Assembly (NCBI GenBank): GCA_043819555.1
Contig: JBDREQ010000025.1
Coordinates: forward strand, 92,503 to 156,502
Reading direction: 5' to 3'
DNA from: Candidatus Zixiibacteriota bacterium
GTDB lineage: Bacteria > Zixibacteria > MSB-5A5 > GN15 > JAAZOE01
DNA length: 64,000 bases
A program made the position numbers and the translations under genes. Shown one piece after another: positions 10,099 to 17,856 of the stretch; the first letter of the stretch is position 1; each line of letters starts with the position of its first letter. The notes beneath the pieces were generated by a model, which worked only from the letters and a program-made list of their open reading frames with translations, ran no database searches and was not told where the DNA came from.

Positions 10099-10422
10099 TT
10101 ATTCCTTTTGCTCGTCATCGCCTGAGCCCGAAGCGGCAAATCCGATATTTGACGGCTGTTCTTTTCCGTGCATTTTGATATCGCCAAACTGATTCTCAAA
10201 TTTTTTGATATTATCCTGCAACGCCCCGAGGAGCATTTTGGCGTGCGAAGGGGTCATAATAATTCGAGAATATACTTTGCCTTTGCGAGTTCCCGGCATA
10301 ATGCGGGCAAAATCGAGAATAATTTCCGATGGCGAATGTGAGATAAGCGCCAGGTTAGCGTAAATTCCTTCAGCTTCCTTATCGCCCAGTTCAATATTGA
10401 TTTGCGGTTTTTGCGGTTTCAT
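10099..10422 (-). CDS. DUF3467 family protein
   Basis: The core ..INIELGDKEAEGIYANLALISHSPSEIILDFARIMPG..IIMTPSHAKMLLGALQDNIKKFE.. matches my memory of DUF3467. I chose the ATG at 10422 (GGAG RBS 6 nt upstream) over the longer 10479 start. Confidence 0.7.
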   Translation of the reverse strand: MKPQKPQINIELGDKEAEGIYANLALISHSPSEIILDFARIMPGTRKGKVYSRIIMTPSHAKMLLGALQDNIKKFENQFGDIKMHGKEQPSNIGFAASGSGDDEQKE

Positions 10423-10540
10423 AAGATCTCCTGTTCCCAAGCGGTCATCATGTGAATTTCGAAAAAAGCCAAGCGCCAATTCGCTTGCGGTTTTAATAAA
10501 AGCTAATATATTATCAGGTTAAGTCAACCAAAATCAAGAA

Positions 10541-11539
10541 TTGAACTATATGACGATTGATAAGATAAAAGCCAGATCGATAATAGATAATATTGGCGGG
10601 AATGAAATCGCCGTAATTGGCGATGTTATGCTTGATGAATATATGTGGGGCGAAGTGGAGCGGATATCTCCAGAGGCTCCGGTACCGGTTGTCCAAATCA
10701 ATCGCGAATCATCGGCGCCCGGAGGAGCGGCCAACGTCGCGGCCAATATCGTCGGATTGGAAGATAAACCGCTTTTGATCGGAGTTGTCGGCAATGATAA
10801 TTTTTCGGCGATTCTCGATTGGCTTCTCCGCGAACAGGGTATTGATACAGCCGGAATGATTATTGATCCTCAACGGCCGACGACGATAAAAACCCGGATT
10901 ATCGCCCACAATCAGCAGGTCGTCAGGGCTGATAAAGAGGTTCGTTCGGATATTTCGGAAGAAGTCGAATCCGGGGTAATGACGCTTCTTGATACGCGAA
11001 AAAATGGATTGAATGGGATTATCATTTCTGATTATGGCAAAGGCATGATTACCAAATCACTTTTGAAAAAGCTGATAGATTTCAGCCTAAAAGAAAATAT
11101 TTTTATTGCCGTTGATCCCAAGGATGGGAATTTCCCGCTTTATAAAAAAGTATCATTGATCACTCCCAATCACCATGAGGCAGGACGGGCTTTTGGACTT
11201 GAAATAACCGATGATAAATCTTTGAGGACCGTGGGCAGAGGTTTGATGAAAAAACTCGATCCCTTATCGATTTTGATTACGCTGGGCCCAAAGGGGATGG
11301 CTCTATTTCAACGCGACAGTGACATGCGGTTAATTCCTACTGTAGCCAAAAAAGTATTTGATGTTACCGGAGCCGGAGATACGGTCATTGCCTCTTTTGT
11401 TTCGGCTGTTGCCGCGGGAGCTTCATTGGAGGAAGCGACTGTTATTTCCAATCAGGCGGCGGGTGTTGTTGTCGGAGAGGTTGGGACGGCTTTTATAACC
11501 AGGAGCAAACTGACCGAGGCTTTGACAGAGAATTGGTGA
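10541..11539 (+). CDS. hldA: D-glycero-beta-D-manno-heptose-7-phosphate kinase (RfaE domain I; stand-alone)
   Basis: PfkB-family ribokinase fold with ..VIGDVMLDEYMWGEVERISPEAPVPVV.. and C-terminal ..DVTGAGDTVIA... Confidence 0.85.
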   Translation: MNYMTIDKIKARSIIDNIGGNEIAVIGDVMLDEYMWGEVERISPEAPVPVVQINRESSAPGGAANVAANIVGLEDKPLLIGVVGNDNFSAILDWLLREQGIDTAGMIIDPQRPTTIKTRIIAHNQQVVRADKEVRSDISEEVESGVMTLLDTRKNGLNGIIISDYGKGMITKSLLKKLIDFSLKENIFIAVDPKDGNFPLYKKVSLITPNHHEAGRAFGLEITDDKSLRTVGRGLMKKLDPLSILITLGPKGMALFQRDSDMRLIPTVAKKVFDVTGAGDTVIASFVSAVAAGASLEEATVISNQAAGVVVGEVGTAFITRSKLTEALTENW

Positions 11540-11545
11540 TCATTT

Positions 11546-12037
11546 ATGAAAAACGTCATATCCAAAATAACCGCGAGAAAAGATATTGAGAAAAAATGTG
11601 CGCAAATGAGAAAACGCGGGAGAAAATTAGTATTCACTAACGGCGTTTTTGATATTTTGCATTTCGGTCATGTTCAATATCTACAAAAAGCAAAAACTCT
11701 TGGTGATGTTTTAATAATTGGTTTAAATACCGATAGTTCGATCAGAAAATTCAAGGGTCCCAACCGACCGTTAAATCGACAATCGGATCGAGCCGGAGTG
11801 TTATCTGCACTGGAATGCGTGGATTTTATAGTTTGTTTTTCCGAGCCGACGCCGCTGAATCTAATCAAGCTTATTAAACCTGATATTCTCGTTAAGGGAG
11901 CAGACTATAAAATAGATGATATCGTTGGGGCTAATTTTGTAAAATCATATAATGGTGCCGTAAAACGCATCAGGCTTTTATCCGGCCGTTCCACGACCGG
12001 ACTTATTGGAAAATTGAAAAAGAAAATCGTTAGTTAA
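11546..12037 (+). CDS. hldC: D-glycero-beta-D-manno-heptose-1-phosphate adenylyltransferase (RfaE domain II; stand-alone)
   Basis: Cytidylyltransferase fold with ..VFTNGVFDILHFGHVQYL.. (HxGH motif). It starts 6 nt after the hldA stop. Confidence 0.85.
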   Translation: MKNVISKITARKDIEKKCAQMRKRGRKLVFTNGVFDILHFGHVQYLQKAKTLGDVLIIGLNTDSSIRKFKGPNRPLNRQSDRAGVLSALECVDFIVCFSEPTPLNLIKLIKPDILVKGADYKIDDIVGANFVKSYNGAVKRIRLLSGRSTTGLIGKLKKKIVS

Positions 12038-12071
12038 TTCCTGATTGATGTCTTGTGAAAATTCTTTTTAT

Positions 12072-12100
12072 TTGAATCAAACGCTAAAGTCTTATATAAT
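12072..12100 (+). promoter_or_regulatory. Sigma-70-type promoter candidate for the S9 peptidase gene
   Basis: TTGAAT-N17-TATAAT about 50 nt upstream of ATG 12153. Confidence 0.4.
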
Positions 12101-12152
12101 TCACCTGCAAATCGTAATTCAGTATTTTAGGGCAGCAAAAGAGGATTGAATT

Positions 12153-14060
12153 ATGAAACGGATATATAATGCGGCGATAGTATTTATTCTAATGTTCCCG
12201 GGCTTATTGATTACCGGATGTGACACCGAAAAACCGCCTGTTGAAATTCCATTGGAGATTATTTTCGCGCCCGGAGAAATAATCGATCCTCAATTATCTC
12301 CCGCCGGGGATAAGGTCGCATATCTGGGGCTGACCGGCAATTCGTACAATGTATTTATTCAGGATATAGCTACTTCAGAGGTTACACAGGTTACCGAAGA
12401 AACCGCCCTGGGGATAAATAACTATGCCTGGTCAGGAGATGGTTCAAAAATACTCTATTTGAGAGATCCTGATGGAAAGGGCAGGCAGAAACTATATGAT
12501 TATGACTTGTCAACGAAAGAAGTCCGTGAACTAACGCCAATAGATGGCGTTGATGTTCAGATATTAAAAATAAGCCCGGATTACCCCAACTCGGTTTTAA
12601 TTAGTTTCGGGAGTTTCAATGACAATTTGCCGCACGTTTATAAGGTCGATTTAATAACTGGGAATTTTGATCTCATCGCCGAAAACTCAGGTACCATTTT
12701 AGGATGGTTGATTGACCATAAAATGAATGTTCGGGGATGTCTTGACGCGAGTCAGGATGGTCAGTATTATTTCAAAGTCACCGATACGGCCTCGAGCCAT
12801 TGGCGCGAGATTATGACCTGGAATTCTGAGGATATGCTAACCAGCAGTCCAGTTGGTTTTACGGCCGATGGCAAATATGCTTTTGTCCTTAATTCACAGG
12901 GGAGTAATACCAGTCGGCTCCAAAAAATCGATATAGCGTCAGGTGTTGTGGAGACAATTGCCGAAGACAATATTTTCAATGTGTCCGGAGCGATTATTCA
13001 TCCCCGGACAGGAGAAATTCAGGGAGTTGTTTTTGAAAAGGAACGCGAAGAGACATTGATAATTGATGAAGCGATTCGTGATGATATTAAAGCCATCAGG
13101 AACATACATCATGGTGATTTCTTTATTAGCAGCCGGGATAGGAAAGATGAAAATTGGCTGATTGGATTTAAAACCGATGATGGTCCGGTACCATTTTACA
13201 TTTATAATACGGAAACTTATAAGGCGACTCAATTATTCACTCATAATTCAGAGATGGAAAAATATGTTTTCTCCGCAAAGGAACCGATTTCATTTACCTC
13301 ACGCGATGGAATGACCATTTACGGCTATATAACATTTCCCAGTGGTGCGGATAAAAAGAACCTGCCAATGGTCGTCCTTGTTCATGAAGGGCCATGGCAA
13401 AGGGATAAGTGGGGATATGATCCTGAAGCGCAATGGCTGGCCAATCGCGGTTATGCCTGCCTGCAAATAAATTATCGAGGCTCGACCGGATTTGGGAAGA
13501 GATTCTATAATGCCGGAAATAAGCAATGGGGCATGGCTATGGCTGATGACCTAATTGACGGTGTGTCCTGGGCAATTGATAAGGGGTACGCCGATTCCAA
13601 GCGTGTCGCCATATGGGGATGGCGATACGGCGGGCATGCGTCATTAATGGCTGCCATACGATATCCCGACGTTTTTGCCTGCGCCGTAGATGTTTGCGGA
13701 TATCTGGATTTAAAAACTCTTGTTGAGGCAATTCCGCCTTCGTATAGTAGCCAGGTTTTGATGTTTCACAATCGGGTCGGCAATCTGACTCATGAACTTG
13801 ATATACTTCAAAAGGCTTCCCCGGCCAATTATGTCGATAGTATGAACACGCCGTTATTGATTGTCCAGGGAGGGCGTGACAGGCTGGTTTCCAGGAAAGC
13901 GGCCGATGCGTTTGTGAAATCTTTGGAGAATAGAGGCATTGATAATCAGTATTTGCTGTTTGACAATGAAGGCCATGGGCTTTCAGTTTCAACCAATCGC
14001 CTACTTTTTTATCAGACTGCCGAAGAATTTCTAAATAAGCACCTTGGCTCAGGTATATAA
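12153..14060 (+). CDS. S9 family (prolyl oligopeptidase / acylaminoacyl-peptidase) homologue, lipoprotein; nucleophile motif reads GWRYGG instead of GxSxGG
   Basis: Lipobox ..LLITGC, an N-terminal beta-propeller-like region, and a C-terminal alpha/beta-hydrolase domain with Asp (..QGGRDRLV..) and His (..NEGHGL..) in place. The expected Ser position is Arg (CGA, 13623..13625). Confidence 0.85.
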   Translation: MKRIYNAAIVFILMFPGLLITGCDTEKPPVEIPLEIIFAPGEIIDPQLSPAGDKVAYLGLTGNSYNVFIQDIATSEVTQVTEETALGINNYAWSGDGSKILYLRDPDGKGRQKLYDYDLSTKEVRELTPIDGVDVQILKISPDYPNSVLISFGSFNDNLPHVYKVDLITGNFDLIAENSGTILGWLIDHKMNVRGCLDASQDGQYYFKVTDTASSHWREIMTWNSEDMLTSSPVGFTADGKYAFVLNSQGSNTSRLQKIDIASGVVETIAEDNIFNVSGAIIHPRTGEIQGVVFEKEREETLIIDEAIRDDIKAIRNIHHGDFFISSRDRKDENWLIGFKTDDGPVPFYIYNTETYKATQLFTHNSEMEKYVFSAKEPISFTSRDGMTIYGYITFPSGADKKNLPMVVLVHEGPWQRDKWGYDPEAQWLANRGYACLQINYRGSTGFGKRFYNAGNKQWGMAMADDLIDGVSWAIDKGYADSKRVAIWGWRYGGHASLMAAIRYPDVFACAVDVCGYLDLKTLVEAIPPSYSSQVLMFHNRVGNLTHELDILQKASPANYVDSMNTPLLIVQGGRDRLVSRKAADAFVKSLENRGIDNQYLLFDNEGHGLSVSTNRLLFYQTAEEFLNKHLGSGI

Positions 14061-14105
14061 AAATTGGCAGTTGTTTTAATGACGCCGGGGGTTGAATAGG
14101 AGAAT

Positions 14106-14984
14106 ATGGGATCGTTCGAAAAAATAAAAAACTGCTCGTGTTCCATTTGGGATACAATAAAATATTATTCAAAAGGTCTTTATAACCGTGCCGGCGAGCA
14201 TCATATCTTTCTACTGGCCAGCGGACTTTCATTTTCGATTTTTATATGCATCATACCGCTGGTACTTATTGTTTTCGCTGTCCTGGGATCTTTGTTCGAA
14301 CAGCCTTCCATCGTAAAAGAGATCAATGGTTTTATCGATCGGGTCATTCCCTATGAAGATTATGCCAAAGATGTCAAGCTGTTTGTTTTTGCGCGGCTTG
14401 AGGAGTTTAAGATCTATCGCGGTGTTGCGGGTCTAATAGGTTCGGTTGGTTTATTATTCGCGTCTTCCGGACTGTTCAGTAGTATGCGAACAGTTCTAAA
14501 TATGATATTCAGGGCCCGAAAATCTCAATCGGTCTTGATTGGCAAATTGCATGACCTGGGATTGGTTCTTCTTGTCCTGATTTTCTTTTTATTATCCATT
14601 ATGATTATTCCGGCCTTTGGGATCGCCAAGAGATTCGCGTATAAGATTGAATTTCTCAGCGGTTTTCGCACTGATTTTATTGAGGGTGTTGGTCTATTGG
14701 CGGTGTCATTCATAATCATTACCGGAGTGTTTTATCTGATCTATTTTCTGGTGCCTAATTTTAAATTATCAAATCGGATTCTTTGTGTCGGAGCTCTGTC
14801 TTCGGCGCTTTTATGGCATATTGTTGAACGATTATTCGGCTACTATATTTCACATTTTGTTACCCTTAAACGAATTTATGGGACATACGCCTTTTTGATA
14901 GTAGTGGCATTCTGGATATTTTACACTTCTCTGGTATTCATACTTGGGGCCGAAATAGGACAATTATACCGGGAAAGGAAATAA
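14106..14984 (+). CDS. YihY/BrkB family inner-membrane protein
   Basis: 292 aa with about 6 TM helices, the typical N-terminus ..YNRAGEHHIFLLASGLSFSIFICIIP.. and C-terminal ..LGAEIGQLY... Confidence 0.75.
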   Translation: MGSFEKIKNCSCSIWDTIKYYSKGLYNRAGEHHIFLLASGLSFSIFICIIPLVLIVFAVLGSLFEQPSIVKEINGFIDRVIPYEDYAKDVKLFVFARLEEFKIYRGVAGLIGSVGLLFASSGLFSSMRTVLNMIFRARKSQSVLIGKLHDLGLVLLVLIFFLLSIMIIPAFGIAKRFAYKIEFLSGFRTDFIEGVGLLAVSFIIITGVFYLIYFLVPNFKLSNRILCVGALSSALLWHIVERLFGYYISHFVTLKRIYGTYAFLIVVAFWIFYTSLVFILGAEIGQLYRERK

Positions 14985-15154
14985 CTTCTTTAGAAAGACC
15001 GAAAATCGTTCGATATCTTCAAATTTCCTTATAAAACTTTTTCTTTGTTGAGTCCAAATAGTTGCGACCATGTATAAAAAAACTGGAGCATATAGCCATC
15101 AATTTGATTATTATTGGGGATAAAAATGCGAGGCAATTTTAAGCAGGAGTCAAA

Positions 15155-16102
15155 ATGGCCAAAAATTTCGCCATAATTGGAGTCGGCGGGTATGTCGCTC
15201 CCCGGCATCTGAAAGCAATAAAAGATACCGGCAATAATCTTATCGCCGCCGTCGATCCGAGCGATTCGGTCGGTATTCTTGATAGATATTTTGATAACGT
15301 CAGTTTTTTCGTGGAGTTTGAACGCTTCGACCGTCATCTGGAAAAATTGCGCCGGGCGGGACAGGAGAGGCGTGTCAATTATGTCAGTATCTGTTCACCC
15401 AATTATCTCCATGACGCCCATGTCCGCTTCGCCTTGAGAGTTAACGCCGACGCCATTTGCGAAAAGCCGCTGGTTTTGAATCCCTGGAATATAGACGCAC
15501 TTGCCGAACTTGAACAGGAAAGCGGCCGCCGGGTTTACACTGTATTGCAATTGCGCCTGCATCCATCGCTAATAAAGCTGCGGGAAAAGCTCGTTAAAAA
15601 AGGCGATAAAATCCATGACGTCGAACTGACCTATATTACTTCGCGGGGCCGTTGGTACGACGTTTCGTGGAAAGGCCAGATTGAACGTTCCGGAGGAATC
15701 GCGACCAACATCGGAATTCATTTTTTTGATCTTTTGATTTGGCTTTTTGGCGAGGTCAAACACAATGAAGTTCATATCTCCGAAAAAACAAAATCAGCCG
15801 GATATCTGGAACTTGAACGGGCCCGTGTAAAATGGATGCTATCGATTGACCGTTCCGATTTGCCTCCCAATGCCGTAAAAAACGAACCGCCGACATATCG
15901 TTCGATTACGATTGACGGTGGTGAAGTTGAGTTCTCAGACGGATTCACCGATTTGCATACGGCTGTGTATCAGGATATTCTTGACGGTGGAGGATTTGGG
16001 CTTGATGCTGTACGCCCATCAATAAAAATAGCCCATGATATCCGGGAAGCAAAAGTTATCGGCCGCAATGAAAATACGCATCCCTTATTAAAGTTTGAGT
16101 AA
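15155..16102 (+). CDS. wbpB: Gfo/Idh/MocA oxidoreductase, WbpB-like (UDP-2-acetamido-2-deoxy-glucuronate 3-dehydrogenase type)
   Basis: N-terminus MAKNFAIIGVGGYVAPRHLKAIKDTGN.., ..YVSICSPNYLHDAH.., ..ICEKPLV.., and ..PTYRSITIDGGEVEFSDGFTDLHT.. closely resemble Pseudomonas WbpB as I recall it. No other wbp genes are adjacent. Confidence 0.65.
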   Translation: MAKNFAIIGVGGYVAPRHLKAIKDTGNNLIAAVDPSDSVGILDRYFDNVSFFVEFERFDRHLEKLRRAGQERRVNYVSICSPNYLHDAHVRFALRVNADAICEKPLVLNPWNIDALAELEQESGRRVYTVLQLRLHPSLIKLREKLVKKGDKIHDVELTYITSRGRWYDVSWKGQIERSGGIATNIGIHFFDLLIWLFGEVKHNEVHISEKTKSAGYLELERARVKWMLSIDRSDLPPNAVKNEPPTYRSITIDGGEVEFSDGFTDLHTAVYQDILDGGGFGLDAVRPSIKIAHDIREAKVIGRNENTHPLLKFE

Positions 16103-16109
16103 TTGAAAA

Positions 16110-16808
16110 ATGAAACCATCTGCCTGGCAAATAATTTTTATTCTCATAGTTATTCTGGGAGCGATTATAAATGCTGATGACGGCCCAAAAAATCGCCGGG
16201 TGACGATAAATTTGGGAAGTGTTGAAGTTTCACGGGAAGATTCTGTCATTGTAGTGCCTGTATATTTTTCCAATCCTTATGATACCGTTTCGGGAATTGA
16301 GCTTCATGTACGCATTGAAGAAAACCGGCATGTTGTTTTTGCGATAGATGATATAGGGGAGGACGGTTTAGTCAAAGCGATTGATACGACCGGAACACTG
16401 ATATCCGGTTGGGAATGGGTTGGAGTCAATTCAGGCGAGGAAAATCATTATGATTTTATGCTGGCGGCTTTGGCCGACTGGCCCGATGGAACGGTGACAC
16501 CGCCTTTGTATCCTCAAGAGGGAGGAGTGCTTGTTAAACTGGTTTTCCGCCAGGACGATCTATTTCCATTTACGATGGATACACATATAAAAACGACCAT
16601 TGAAACCGAACGAACCGGCGTGTCTGATTATCTGGGTAATACCATCGGGATCGTAACGACGATTGAACGGCAATGCGAACAGTTTGTTGGTGATTCCTGC
16701 CTCTCGTGGAAACAGGTCCGCGTCGGCAAACTTGATTCTACGGTTGTTAAGTTTAATCATGGGGGGATAAGTGTGGTTGATAGTGTTGGGAATGGGGGCG
16801 AGAGATAA
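16110..16808 (+). CDS. Secreted or anchored protein with a cohesin-like beta-sandwich module
   Basis: It has an N-terminal signal/anchor. The segment ..SVIVVPVYFSNPYDTVSGIELHV.. parallels the cohesin strand pattern (compare clostridial ..VEIPVYFRGVPSKGIANCDF..). It also parallels ..ILGVYFSNAENITGIDAPLV.. in the 49186..50460 protein. Confidence 0.45.
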   Translation: MKPSAWQIIFILIVILGAIINADDGPKNRRVTINLGSVEVSREDSVIVVPVYFSNPYDTVSGIELHVRIEENRHVVFAIDDIGEDGLVKAIDTTGTLISGWEWVGVNSGEENHYDFMLAALADWPDGTVTPPLYPQEGGVLVKLVFRQDDLFPFTMDTHIKTTIETERTGVSDYLGNTIGIVTTIERQCEQFVGDSCLSWKQVRVGKLDSTVVKFNHGGISVVDSVGNGGER

Positions 16809-16815
16809 ATTTTGA

Positions 16816-16834
16816 TGGCCCACAGCTTGCTGTG
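16816..16834. repeat. Direct repeat copy 1 (TGGCCCACAGCTTGCTGTG), left flank of the small membrane-protein gene
   Basis: It matches 17310..17328 at 17 of 19 positions. It contains the small palindrome CACAGC-TT-GCTGTG. Confidence 0.6.
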
Positions 16835-16904
16835 AGAAGTATAAGAATATTGAAAATAAAGGGATAGGCGGGTACTTTTGTTGCCCACTGGGTTTAAATC
16901 AGAT

Positions 16905-17300
16905 ATGAATGTAGATAATTCTCCTGGAAGTAAGCATGCGGAAGTGCGCTTATATAATCCGATGGTAATTCTTACTTATTATGTATTGGGGGGACTCCCT
17001 TTGGGATCTCTATTATATGGCATTAATTTATCAAGACGTGGCAATCGTGTAATGGGTAATATCCTTACGATTCTTTTTGGTTTAACCTATATTCTGATTC
17101 TAATTCTCATTGCAAAAAGGATTAACGTAATTACATTGCGATTATTATCCATATTTATTGGAATTAATGTGATGAAGATTGAATGGAATCCCTATAAAGA
17201 GGCGATTGATAAAGGAGCAATACCTGCAAAATGGTGGCATCCTTTGTTGGTGGCATTTGCGATTTTTATCTCAATAATATATAGTTACAGTTTTTGTTGA
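16905..17300 (+). CDS. Hypothetical small polytopic membrane protein (orphan)
   Basis: About 131 aa from ATG 16905 (the ORF is open from TTG 16878), with 3-4 hydrophobic helices. It is AT-rich, has no recognised family, and is flanked by the 19-nt direct repeats. Confidence 0.4.
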   Translation: MNVDNSPGSKHAEVRLYNPMVILTYYVLGGLPLGSLLYGINLSRRGNRVMGNILTILFGLTYILILILIAKRINVITLRLLSIFIGINVMKIEWNPYKEAIDKGAIPAKWWHPLLVAFAIFISIIYSYSFC

Positions 17301-17309
17301 GTGACATGG

Positions 17310-17328
17310 TGGCCCACAGCCTGCTCTG
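17310..17328. repeat. Direct repeat copy 2 (TGGCCCACAGCCTGCTCTG), right flank of the small membrane-protein gene
   Basis: It matches 16816..16834 at 17 of 19 positions. Confidence 0.6.
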
Positions 17329-17700
17329 CGGAAAAGAAAACCAGCACACCCCACCGCTTCGCGGCACCCCTCTCAAGACAGGCGATAGCCTGGTTGGGGA
17401 ATAAGCGTATGCTTTATTTCGGCTGTCGCGCGGTGTACCATACTTTGTTCAACCATTTGGTAGGGATGGAGCCCAACGGGCTCCAGCCAAAAATAATATT
17501 TAATCAACACGCAATACGGGATAGGCAGGAGCCTTTCAGGCTCATGCCCTACAATACTTAATCAATCATGGAATTGGTAGGTCGGGTTCTGAGGCCGGGA
17601 GGCCGAAAAATCCGACAAACAGAAATGTCGGGTTTATCACTTCGTTCGGAACCCGACCTTGTATTCAACGATTTTAATTTATGGGGAGATAGTAATTCCC
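17329..17700. repeat. Cluster of degenerate REP-like imperfect palindromes in a 459-bp non-coding gap
   Basis: Hairpins seen include CAGGC-GATA-GCCTG, GGAGCC-CAAC-GGGCTCC, GGCAGGAGCC-TTTC-AGGCTCATGCC, and AGGTCGGGTTC...GAACCCGACCT about 65 nt apart. Leader words TTGGTAGG and GGGATAGGC recur. Confidence 0.4.
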
Positions 17701-17759
17701 TCGCTTCTAAATTCCCTTGACTTAACGGCGATAAAAAGTATTATATATGCCTTGTAAAT

Positions 17760-17833
17760 GCTGGGGTAGCTCAGACGGTCAGAGCGCCTGACTGTGGATC
17801 AGGAGGCCGGCGGTTCGATCCCGCCCCCCAGTA
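17760..17833 (+). tRNA. tRNA-His (anticodon GTG) with no encoded G-1, a G1-U72 wobble and A73; CCA not encoded
   Basis: Hand-folded cloverleaf: acceptor GCTGGGG/CCCCAGT, D arm GCTC-AGACGGTCA-GAGC, anticodon arm CCTGA-CTGTGGA-TCAGG (GTG at 17794..17796), variable AGGCC, T arm GGCGG-TTCGATC-CCGCC, discriminator A at 17833. The base at -1 (17759) is T. Confidence 0.9.
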
Positions 17834-17856
17834 TTTTTTGTTTTTATCAGAACATA

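Noticed and set aside
10541-12037. hldA and hldC are in the same reading frame, separated only by TGA plus two codons (..ENW*SFMKN..). This hints at a read-through HldE fusion.
   Set aside because: Separate hldA and hldC genes are common outside the Enterobacteria. Sharing a frame has a one-in-three chance. hldC also has its own ATG. I see no positive evidence for recoding.
13537-14232. A 231-aa ORF on the minus strand spanning the end of the S9 peptidase gene and the start of the YihY/BrkB gene.
   Set aside because: It is entirely antisense to two well-supported genes. It has no RBS and no recognisable motifs, and its composition is Arg/Pro/His-rich in the way typical of shadow frames.
17301-17561. 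An 86-aa plus-strand ORF right after the small membrane-protein gene.
   Set aside because: Its sequence is composed of the REP-like palindromes and the direct-repeat copy. It has a GTG start and no RBS. This is the typical spurious ORF generated by extragenic repeats.
17794-17856. An N-terminal extension of hisS (MDQEAGGSIPPPS..). The analogous extension of the DUF512 gene at 32203..32265 is treated the same way.
   Set aside because: Both extensions are translations of the tRNA-His and tRNA-Gly genes themselves. Internal ATGs at 17857 and 32266 give normal N-termini.
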